NCBI GenBank assembly: GCA_023473845.1
Contig: JAMCYA010000013.1
Span: 1 to 35,901 of the forward strand
Reading direction: 5' to 3'
Length of the DNA: 35,901 nt
From: Patescibacteria group bacterium
GTDB taxonomy: Bacteria; Patescibacteriota; Doudnabacteria; UBA920
Position 1 is the stretch's first letter; every line of letters begins with the position of its first letter. The position numbers and the translations under genes are program-made. Below, one piece after another: positions 1 through 7,478 of the stretch. A model generated the notes under the pieces. That model saw only the letters and a list, made by a program, of their open reading frames with translations, ran no database searches and was not told the DNA's origin.

Positions 1-21
1 ACAGGCTTTTTAGAAACTGCT
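1..21. repeat. 21-nt exact reverse complement of 565-585; probable fold-back/chimeric contig end
   Basis: acaggctttttagaaactgct (1-21) is the reverse complement of agcagtttctaaaaagcctgt (565-585). It places an in-frame TAG at 11-13 ahead of the aminopeptidase frame. Confidence 0.85.
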
Positions 22-34
22 GCCGGTCCTGGAC

Positions 35-1801
35 ATGATTGCCATACCGGATTTTGCGTCTGCGGCTATGGAAAACTGGGGCGCGATTATTTACCGGGAG
101 TCGGCATTACTGGTAGACGAGGCCGCCTCGTCTGCAGCCACGCGGCAGTGGGTCGCCATTGTAGTAGCACATGAAATCGCCCACATGTGGTTTGGCAACC
201 TGGTGACCATGCACTGGTGGACGCATCTATGGCTCAATGAAGGCTTTGCGAGCTATATGGAGTATAAATGCGTGGATTCTCTGTTTCCCGAATGGCGGAT
301 GTGGGAGCAGTACGTATCGGGCCGTATGTCAGCGGCGCTGCGCTTGGACGCTTTGGAAAATACGCATCCCGTGGAAGTGGAAGTCGGTCACCCGGGCGAA
401 ATAAGCGAAATTTTCGACGAAGTTTCCTACGCAAAAGGTTCGGCGGTTATCCGCATGCTGGCCGAGTATCTGGGGGAAAAGACTTTTCGGGAAGGGTTGA
501 GGCGGTATTTAAAAAAGCACGCTTATAAAAATACCCGTACCGAGGATTTATGGCAGGCCCTGCAAGCAGTTTCTAAAAAGCCTGTGCGGCAAATTATGGC
601 CACTTGGACAAAACAGCCGGGTTATCCGCTACTCCGACTGACAGAACAGCCGCAAAATTTGCGCTTAGACCAGGCGCGTTTCTATTCTAGCCGGCTATCC
701 AGGCAAGCTGCCAAAAACTCCCAGCTCTGGCAGGTTCCCGTGACTTACGGCAGCAGCAAAGTCCTGTTAACCAGCCGCAGCCAAAATTTGGCAAAACCCA
801 AGGCCCCGTTGAAGTTTAATTCGGGTGAGACTTCTCTGCTCCGGGTCAGTTATCCGGTGGCTTATCTTCAATCCCTAGGCCGCCTGGTGAGCGCTAAAAA
901 GCTTCCGGCGATTGACCGCCTGGGCCTGATACGGGATGCTTTTGCCTTATCCGAAAGCGGCCAACTGCCTGCGATAAAAGTTTTGGAACTGGCGCTTGCT
1001 TATAAAAATGAAGAAGAGCTGATTGTCTGGGAGGAGCTGGCGGACGGCTTAATGCGGTTGCGCAGCCTGCTGTATGGTACAGCGGCTTATGAAAGTTATT
1101 TGGCGTTTTGCCGGAGCTTGTTTTCGGGTATTGGCAAGAAGCTTGGCTGGAGTGCTGGCAAAAACGAAACCCACCACCGCCATATGCTTCGCAGTTTGGT
1201 GCTGACACAGCTGGGCGCCAACGGCGACCAAAAGGTCTTAAGCCAAGCGAAAAGCAAACTAAATTTTTCGCGCCCTTTGCCCGCCAACCTGAAAGGCGTG
1301 GTTTATGGATTGGCCGCCCGGATGGGCGGTAAGAAGGTACACACAACCCTGCTGGCCAAATACAAGGCGGCCGCTTCCCATGAGGAACAGGACCGCTTAG
1401 GCAGATCTCTGGCTCAATTTTCCGATACCCATTTGCTGAAATTGACTTTGGATTTTGCCTTATCCAGGCAGGTAAGAGCCCAAGATGCGCCGTTTATTAT
1501 TGCCGCCGTGTTTCAGAACCCCGCTGGCCGCGATTTGGCTTGGAAATTTATCAGCCAAAATTGGAAGGAGCTGGTTAAAAGGTATGGCGACGGGCTCGGC
1601 CTTTTGAGCCGGCTGCTTAAGGCAGCCGGAGTGTTTACCAGCCGTAAAAAAGCCGTTGAGCTGGAAAAGTTCTTTAAACAACACAAAATTTTAGGCGCCC
1701 AAAGGACTGTCCGGCAGGTTTTGGAGAAGGTACGGTCAAATGCCGACTGGCTGGAGCGCGAGGAAAAGAACATTTATCACTGGCTGCAAAACCGCGTATG
1801 A
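35..1801 (+). CDS. pepN: M1-family zinc aminopeptidase (PepN/puromycin-sensitive type with ERAP1-like C-terminal domain), 5'-truncated
   Basis: AAMENWG (GAMEN-type exopeptidase motif), HEIAH-x18-E zinc motif (WLNEGFA), FDEVSYAKG. The frame reads LPVLD-MIAIPDF upstream of the ATG, so Met35 is internal and the N-terminal domain is missing. Confidence 0.93.
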   Translation: MIAIPDFASAAMENWGAIIYRESALLVDEAASSAATRQWVAIVVAHEIAHMWFGNLVTMHWWTHLWLNEGFASYMEYKCVDSLFPEWRMWEQYVSGRMSAALRLDALENTHPVEVEVGHPGEISEIFDEVSYAKGSAVIRMLAEYLGEKTFREGLRRYLKKHAYKNTRTEDLWQALQAVSKKPVRQIMATWTKQPGYPLLRLTEQPQNLRLDQARFYSSRLSRQAAKNSQLWQVPVTYGSSKVLLTSRSQNLAKPKAPLKFNSGETSLLRVSYPVAYLQSLGRLVSAKKLPAIDRLGLIRDAFALSESGQLPAIKVLELALAYKNEEELIVWEELADGLMRLRSLLYGTAAYESYLAFCRSLFSGIGKKLGWSAGKNETHHRHMLRSLVLTQLGANGDQKVLSQAKSKLNFSRPLPANLKGVVYGLAARMGGKKVHTTLLAKYKAAASHEEQDRLGRSLAQFSDTHLLKLTLDFALSRQVRAQDAPFIIAAVFQNPAGRDLAWKFISQNWKELVKRYGDGLGLLSRLLKAAGVFTSRKKAVELEKFFKQHKILGAQRTVRQVLEKVRSNADWLEREEKNIYHWLQNRV

Positions 1802-2388
1802 AGCCAAAGTTCCTGCTTTTTGTGATATGCATGGCGCTGTTCCTGCCCGTGCGGGCCAAGGCCTTGGATATGAACGGGGACTCTGACCATGATGGGCTGA
1901 CCGATGCCCAGGAACTGGAAATTTATCATACCAATCCCAACAAGGCAGATACGGACAATGACGGCTATCCGGACGGCGAGGAGGTAAAATACAATTACGA
2001 TCCCAACAGCCCGCAAAACGATAAATTGGAAAAACATATTGAAGTCAGTCTTAAGACTCAAAGCCTGACTTACAGCCTGGGGCCATACCTGCTGAAAACC
2101 ATCAAAGTTTCCACTGGCGACCGCCTGCACCCGACTCCGGCCGGGGAGTATTCGGTTATCGTGAAAAAGCCTTTGGTCACCTACAAAGGTGCCAACTACT
2201 ACTTTCCAAACACGCGCTGGAACATGATGTTTAAGCGCGGTTCTTCGGGCAACTTGTATATTCACGGCGCCTACTGGCATAATAAATTCGGCCAGCGCAT
2301 GAGCCACGGCTGCGTGAACGTGTCTTATCAGGACATGGAAAGCCTCTATAACTGGACTGATGACGGCACAAAAGTGGTGATAAAATAA
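1798..2388 (+). CDS. Exported L,D-transpeptidase (YkuD family) with Asp-rich Ca-binding-type repeats
   Basis: Signal peptide (MKPKFLLFVICMALFLPVRAKA); DSDHDGLTD..E and DTDNDGYPDGEE repeats; catalytic IHGAYW...SHGCVN motif; ATGA overlap with the upstream gene. Confidence 0.92.
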   Translation: MKPKFLLFVICMALFLPVRAKALDMNGDSDHDGLTDAQELEIYHTNPNKADTDNDGYPDGEEVKYNYDPNSPQNDKLEKHIEVSLKTQSLTYSLGPYLLKTIKVSTGDRLHPTPAGEYSVIVKKPLVTYKGANYYFPNTRWNMMFKRGSSGNLYIHGAYWHNKFGQRMSHGCVNVSYQDMESLYNWTDDGTKVVIK

Positions 2389-2389
2389 T

Positions 2390-2418
2390 TTGCAAACCAA
2401 GTGATTAGAGAGTATAAT
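2390..2418 (+). promoter_or_regulatory. sigma70-type promoter for secDF
   Basis: TTGCAA (2390-2395), 17 nt, TATAAT (2413-2418). Confidence 0.75.
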
Positions 2419-2507
2419 ACCCCTAAACTTTGCGCTTTAACGGATGTTTCCAGGTCAAACACCCAAAGCATGAAGCCTCAAGCCTTAACCGGTATTTTTT
2501 AATGCCA

Positions 2508-3995
2508 ATGAAACCTAAACTTAAGTTATACCTTTCTTTGTTCGCTATTTTGGTGCTATTTGCAGGCGCTGCCTGGATTGCCTACCCCAAGGGCAGTAAA
2601 ATTGACTTAAACAGCCTTAAAATCAAATATAGCCAAGTCTTCAAGACCCGTTTGGGCTTGGACCTGCAGGGCGGGGCCCACCTGGTTTACCAGGCGGATT
2701 TTAAAGATATCAAGCCCCAGGACCGCGCCGATGCCTTAAACGCCATCCGGGACGTAATTGAGCGCCGTGTTAACAGCTTTGGCTTGGCCGAACCCCAAGT
2801 GGCGGTCTCTGGCCAGGATCGGATAATTATTGAACTGCCCGGTATCAAAGATGTAAACGAAGCCATTGACCAGATTGGCAAGACGCCTTATCTGGATTTC
2901 CGGATCCAGGACGGCACGACTCCGCAAGTCCAACCCAACAGCAAGGGTGAGGTCAGCGTGGATGCCATGGCGGGCTGGAAGCCGACCGGGCTTTCCGGCA
3001 AGCAGCTGCAAAAAGCTTCGGTTGATTTTCAGACCAGCGGCGGGCTTTCAAACCAGCCCGTTGTCAGGCTGGAGTTTAATGACGAAGGCAAAAAACTTTT
3101 CGGCCAAATTACCTCGGCCAATATTGGCAAGCCCGTGGCTATTTTTCTGGACAAGCAGCTAATCAGCGCACCCACCGTGCAAACCGCCATTACCGACGGT
3201 GTTGCCGTTATCAGCGGAAATTTCTCAGTGCAGGAAGCCAAGAGCCTTGCCACCAACTTAAACAGCGGCGCTTTGCCCGTGCCTATCCAGCTGGTTTCCC
3301 AGCAGAATGTCGGCGCAACTTTGGGCAAGGAATCTATCCAGAAGTCATTAATTGCTGGAATTTTGGGCATACTCATGATTGCCCTGTTTATGATCAGTTA
3401 TTACCGTTTCCCCGGCTTTTTAGCTGTTTGCGCCCTCATGGTGTACGCCGTAGTCTCGCTGTCAGTGTTTAAAATCGGCATCTCGCCCGTGGCCGTGGTG
3501 CTTGTCGGCCTGTTTTTCTTTTTGGGCCTAACGGTGAATGCATGGTTTGGCTTTTTGGCCTTACTCAGCTACATTATTTTGATGCTTGCAGGCGCGCTTT
3601 CTCCGGTCACTCTGACTTTGGCTGGTATCGCGGGCTTTATCTTGTCCATTGGCATGGCGGTTGACGCCAACATTCTAATATTTGAGCGTTTGAAGGAAGA
3701 GATCCGGGCAGGCAAGGATATTGCCAAGGCCGTAGACGACGGTTTCGACCGTGCCTGGCTTTCCATTCGCGATTCCAACGTGTCCAGCCTGATAACCACG
3801 CTAATCCTCTACATGTTCGGCACTCCGAGCATCAAAGGTTTTGCCGTGACTTTGAGCATCGGCATTCTGATTTCCATGTTTACCGCAATTACCGTGACCC
3901 GGACTTTCTTAAAGCTGTTTGTCGGCAACAACATCCTTACACACCCCTGGCTCTTCGGGGTCAGCAAAATTAAGGCAACAAAAGACAATGTTTAA
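2508..3995 (+). CDS. secD: Protein translocase subunit SecD
   Basis: LGLDLQGG, VIERRVN..G..EP, LNSGALP, GMAVDANILIFER. Start more likely ATG 2508 (or 2502) than TTG 2430. Confidence 0.96.
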   Translation: MKPKLKLYLSLFAILVLFAGAAWIAYPKGSKIDLNSLKIKYSQVFKTRLGLDLQGGAHLVYQADFKDIKPQDRADALNAIRDVIERRVNSFGLAEPQVAVSGQDRIIIELPGIKDVNEAIDQIGKTPYLDFRIQDGTTPQVQPNSKGEVSVDAMAGWKPTGLSGKQLQKASVDFQTSGGLSNQPVVRLEFNDEGKKLFGQITSANIGKPVAIFLDKQLISAPTVQTAITDGVAVISGNFSVQEAKSLATNLNSGALPVPIQLVSQQNVGATLGKESIQKSLIAGILGILMIALFMISYYRFPGFLAVCALMVYAVVSLSVFKIGISPVAVVLVGLFFFLGLTVNAWFGFLALLSYIILMLAGALSPVTLTLAGIAGFILSIGMAVDANILIFERLKEEIRAGKDIAKAVDDGFDRAWLSIRDSNVSSLITTLILYMFGTPSIKGFAVTLSIGILISMFTAITVTRTFLKLFVGNNILTHPWLFGVSKIKATKDNV

Positions 3996-4878
3996 TACCC
4001 TCAAATACTACAAATTTTGGTTTACGGTTTCCGGGCTTATCCTGGCTTTCGGCGTCATCTCGCTTTCCATGTTCGGCCTCCGGCTGGGCATAGATTTCAA
4101 AGGCGGCACCCTGACCGAGCTAAAGTTTGACCAGAAATACGATTTACAGAAAGTCAAGGACGTGCTGGCCACGGAAAATATCGGCAACTATCAGCTGCAG
4201 ACTTCGGAAGAGAACGGTCTGATTATCAAAACCGAAAGCGTGGACAAAGCAATCCACGATAAAATGCTGGCCGATTTAAAGCAGCAGATAGGGGAGTTTA
4301 AGGAAGCCAAGTTCGACTCCATTGGCCCGGTTATTGGCAATGAACTGCGCCGCGATGCAATTTTGCAGCTGGTGATGGTGTCTCTGGGTATTGTGGCTTA
4401 CATTGCCTATGCCTTCCGCCGGGTGCCTAAACCCATTACTTCGTGGCGTTTTGGCTGGTCAGCGGTTGTTGCCCTGCTTCACGACTTGTTGTTCGTACTT
4501 GGCGTTTTCTCCGTCCTCGGCCATTTTAAAGGGGTGGAGATTGACGGGATGTTTGTTACCGCCCTGCTCACCGTTTTAGGCTTTTCCGTGCACGACACGA
4601 TTGTCGTGTTTGACCGGATCCGTGAAAACCTGAAGGTCTACTCCGGCCAGTCCATTGAATACGTGGTAAATAAAAGCATCGGCCAGACAATTGTCAGGTC
4701 CTTAAATACCAGCCTGACGGTGCTGTTTGTCTTGCTGACTCTTTTGCTTTTCGGCGGCGACACCATTAGATATTTTGTCCTTGCCTTGTTTATCGGTATT
4801 TTTGTGGGGACTTATTCTTCCATTTTTATCGCCAGCCCTATCCTGGTTGTGTGGCAAAACTGGAAAGCACAAAAGTAG
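3988..4878 (+). CDS. secF: Protein translocase subunit SecF
   Basis: LGIDFKGG, IGPVIGNEL, GFSVHDTIVVFDRIREN, RSLNTS, GTYSSIFIA. ATG 3988 overlaps the secD 3' end. Confidence 0.96.
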   Translation: MFNTLKYYKFWFTVSGLILAFGVISLSMFGLRLGIDFKGGTLTELKFDQKYDLQKVKDVLATENIGNYQLQTSEENGLIIKTESVDKAIHDKMLADLKQQIGEFKEAKFDSIGPVIGNELRRDAILQLVMVSLGIVAYIAYAFRRVPKPITSWRFGWSAVVALLHDLLFVLGVFSVLGHFKGVEIDGMFVTALLTVLGFSVHDTIVVFDRIRENLKVYSGQSIEYVVNKSIGQTIVRSLNTSLTVLFVLLTLLLFGGDTIRYFVLALFIGIFVGTYSSIFIASPILVVWQNWKAQK

Positions 4879-4915
4879 ATAATTAGGCAATAAAATGCCC
4901 AAAATCACAAACTTT

Positions 4916-4941
4916 GCACCCGCGTAAAAGCGGGTGCTTTT
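4916..4941 (+). terminator. Intrinsic terminator after secF
   Basis: GCACCCGC-gtaaaa-GCGGGTGC followed by TTTT. Confidence 0.8.
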
Positions 4942-4969
4942 ATTTCCAACCAGTATCAAGGGGGTATAT

Positions 4970-4998
4970 TTGACAAACCTTATGCTTTGTGCTATACT
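4970..4998 (+). promoter_or_regulatory. Near-consensus sigma70 promoter with extended -10
   Basis: TTGACA (4970-4975), 17 nt, TGc-TATACT (4993-4998). Confidence 0.8.
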
Positions 4999-5021
4999 GA
5001 GGTCGATATTAAAACTCCTCT

Positions 5022-6104
5022 ATGGGAATTCTCGACACAATCATTACAACCAAACAGAACGAGACCATCCAACAGATGCGCCCTGTGGACATCGTAAAAG
5101 AGATTTTGCAGAACCTGAAAGAACGCGACAGGCAGATTTTGGCGCACCGCTACGGGCTGGAAGGCCGGGGAGTCAAAACTTTGGCTGCTATTGGGCAGGA
5201 GCAAAACCTTACCAGGGAGCGCGTCCGGCAGATTGAGAAGGATCTGATGAAGCACCTGAAAAAAACCAGCTCCAAATACTCCAGCTTCAACGCAACCAAA
5301 GAATTTATTCTCAACATCATCTCCGAGCATGGCCGCATTATTGCGGAAGAGAACCTGCTTTTGAACCTGAACATCAAGGATGAGCAAGAAAAAAACGCGG
5401 TGATTTTTTTGCTGAACCTCATTGAAGAACTGGATAATTTCATCCACGATAACTATAAAAAAAACTGGGTTATGGTCCTGTTTAAGGAAGATTTGCTCCA
5501 CGGGTTCGTGGACCAGGGCAAAAAAATCATTGCCGAGAAGCAAAAACCCCTGCAAGCCGAAGAATTCTTGCAGCATTTTAAACAGACTCAATTTTACCAG
5601 GACAATCAAGTGGAGCTGAATGACAAAACCATTATCAACTTTTTGGAACTTGCCGTAGAGATTGAAAAGAACGTGTTCGGTGAATTCGGTCTCAGCCACT
5701 GGAAGGAAATTGTGCCCAAAGACGTCGGCGACAAGGCGTACTTGGTTATGAAATACCACAAGAAGCCGGAACACTATTCGGCCATTACCGAAATGATCAA
5801 CAAGGCCAAATTCGACAGCAAAACCGCCTACAAAGAGACCGTACACAACGAACTGATTAAGGATCAAAGGTTTGTGCTTATCGGCCGCGGCATTTATGCC
5901 CTCGCCGAATGGGGTTTTAAACCCGGGGTTGTGTCGGATGTCATTTCTGAAATCCTCAAAAAATACGGCCAGCCTATGCCGAAAGAAAAAATTATCGAAG
6001 AGGTGATGAAAGTTAGGCAGGTCAAGAAAAATACGATTTTAGTCAGTCTTTCCAATAAAAAATTATTCAAGAAAGTCGGCAAGAACCTTTACGCGCTGGC
6101 CTAG
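5022..6104 (+). CDS. Sigma70 region-4 HTH protein fused to C-terminal winged-helix (HARE-HTH/RNAP delta-like) domains
   Basis: N-terminal LKERDRQILAHRYGL...TLAAIGQEQNLTRERVRQIE is sigma70 r4. C-terminal TVHNELIKDQRFVLIGRGIYAL and KKVGKNLYAL resemble HARE-HTH. No sigma region 2 is visible. Confidence 0.8.
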   Translation: MGILDTIITTKQNETIQQMRPVDIVKEILQNLKERDRQILAHRYGLEGRGVKTLAAIGQEQNLTRERVRQIEKDLMKHLKKTSSKYSSFNATKEFILNIISEHGRIIAEENLLLNLNIKDEQEKNAVIFLLNLIEELDNFIHDNYKKNWVMVLFKEDLLHGFVDQGKKIIAEKQKPLQAEEFLQHFKQTQFYQDNQVELNDKTIINFLELAVEIEKNVFGEFGLSHWKEIVPKDVGDKAYLVMKYHKKPEHYSAITEMINKAKFDSKTAYKETVHNELIKDQRFVLIGRGIYALAEWGFKPGVVSDVISEILKKYGQPMPKEKIIEEVMKVRQVKKNTILVSLSNKKLFKKVGKNLYALA

Positions 6105-6129
6105 ACATAAAAACGGAAGATAAAACAAA

Positions 6130-7473
6130 ATGGACATTTTTCAGGGAATTCTGCCCAACCCACTGGATATACTGAAAGCAACGGGAGGTCTTTTGATATT
6201 TTCAGTTATCGGCGCGCTGCTGTATATCCTCTATAAAAGCTACCGCAAAGAAATTGAGCACCAGTTTGTGCACAGCATTGACTGGGTGCTTCTCAATATT
6301 AAAGTGCCCAAGGACAACTTGGCCAGTACTTTGGCCGTGGAGACCATTTTTTCCCAGATGCACGCGCTCCACAGCGGCCTGACTTTTCCGCAAATCTACA
6401 TTGAGGGGCGCATTCAGAAATGGTATTCTCTGGAACTGATCAGCATGGGCGGCAAAATTTCCTTTATTGTGCGCGTACCCAAAGATAGCCGGGGCCTGGT
6501 GGAGTCGGCGTTTTATTCCCATTACCCGGACGTGGAAATAACCGAGGCCGATGATTACATGGAGAACTTCCAGTTTGACCACAATGATGAAAAGAGCCAG
6601 TACGATATTTGGGGTACGGAATTCAAGCTGACTGAAGATTTTGTTTTTCCGATTAAGACCTACCGGGATTTTGAGCATCTGTCCGCGGAGGAAAAAATTA
6701 TCGATCCTTTGGCCAACTTGTTCGAGGCGCTTAATAAAATGCAGCCCTACGAATTTTACGGCATCCAGGTTATCCTTCAGCCTCTGGCCGATGATGAATG
6801 GAAGCCCCACGGCGAAGCTATGGTGAAAGAGCTGATTGGCGAAGAGGCGGAGCATGATGTGAAGCTGAAAGATGTGGCCATGACGCCGTTTAACAAGTTT
6901 GCGCAGTTCAGCCTGAAAAATTTGCTGTTTGGCGGCGGGCACGGCGCCCACGGAGCGCACGGTGCGGAGGATAAGGGCCCGAAAAACAATTGGATGAGCA
7001 TGACGGAAACGCAAAAAGAGCGGGTGAATTTGGTGGAACGAAAAATTGGCAAGCCAGGCTACAAGGCTAAAATCCGGCATTTATATATTGCCCCCAGGGA
7101 CAAGTTTGACCCCACCAAAAAAGGCTTGATTATCGGCGCATACCGGCCGCTCGGCACGGCTAATTCCAACAAGTTCAAACCCGATGTCAGCAATACCTGG
7201 GTCGGGGCGGATTACTACATTTCGCCCACTTTGGAAAAACCCTACTTGGACTACCTGCTCCGGAAGAAAAAACGGCACATTTTTAAAGGTTACAAAAACC
7301 GCGACATCCACATCGGCCTGCCCATGTACGTGCTGAACGTGGAAGAAATTGCCACTATCTACCATTTCCCGATTACCACCAAGGAAACTTCCGTGGCTTC
7401 CAGTATTGAAAAAACCATGAGCAAAAAATCCCAGCCACCGGCTAATTTGCCTATTCTTGAGGAGCTAAGCTAA
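6130..7473 (+). CDS. Conserved CPR-type single-TM protein of the kind found next to VirD4/TraG-like ATPases
   Basis: N-terminal TM; YSLELIS, YSHYPDVEI, PIKTY, QVILQP and LNVEEIATIYHFP motifs; 5 nt upstream of the ATPase gene. Confidence 0.75.
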   Translation: MDIFQGILPNPLDILKATGGLLIFSVIGALLYILYKSYRKEIEHQFVHSIDWVLLNIKVPKDNLASTLAVETIFSQMHALHSGLTFPQIYIEGRIQKWYSLELISMGGKISFIVRVPKDSRGLVESAFYSHYPDVEITEADDYMENFQFDHNDEKSQYDIWGTEFKLTEDFVFPIKTYRDFEHLSAEEKIIDPLANLFEALNKMQPYEFYGIQVILQPLADDEWKPHGEAMVKELIGEEAEHDVKLKDVAMTPFNKFAQFSLKNLLFGGGHGAHGAHGAEDKGPKNNWMSMTETQKERVNLVERKIGKPGYKAKIRHLYIAPRDKFDPTKKGLIIGAYRPLGTANSNKFKPDVSNTWVGADYYISPTLEKPYLDYLLRKKKRHIFKGYKNRDIHIGLPMYVLNVEEIATIYHFPITTKETSVASSIEKTMSKKSQPPANLPILEELS

Positions 7474-7478
7474 TTTTC

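Noticed and set aside
11..13. In-frame TAG upstream of the aminopeptidase as stop-codon recoding or a pseudogene
   Set aside because: It lies within the 21-nt inverted copy of 565-585, and TAG, TGA and TAA all end genes normally elsewhere in the window.
1777..2400. 207-aa minus-strand ORF, and other long antisense ORFs such as 4992-5867, 6202-7080, 12235-12978 and 19933-20601
   Set aside because: They shadow well-supported plus-strand genes and show no recognisable motifs.
2430..2507. Extended SecD N-terminus from TTG 2430
   Set aside because: The extension is not SecD-like; ATG 2502/2508 directly precedes the basic residues and first TM.
5022..6104. Calling this a true sigma factor (rpoD/fliA)
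   Set aside because: Only region 4 is recognisable; no region 2 motif.
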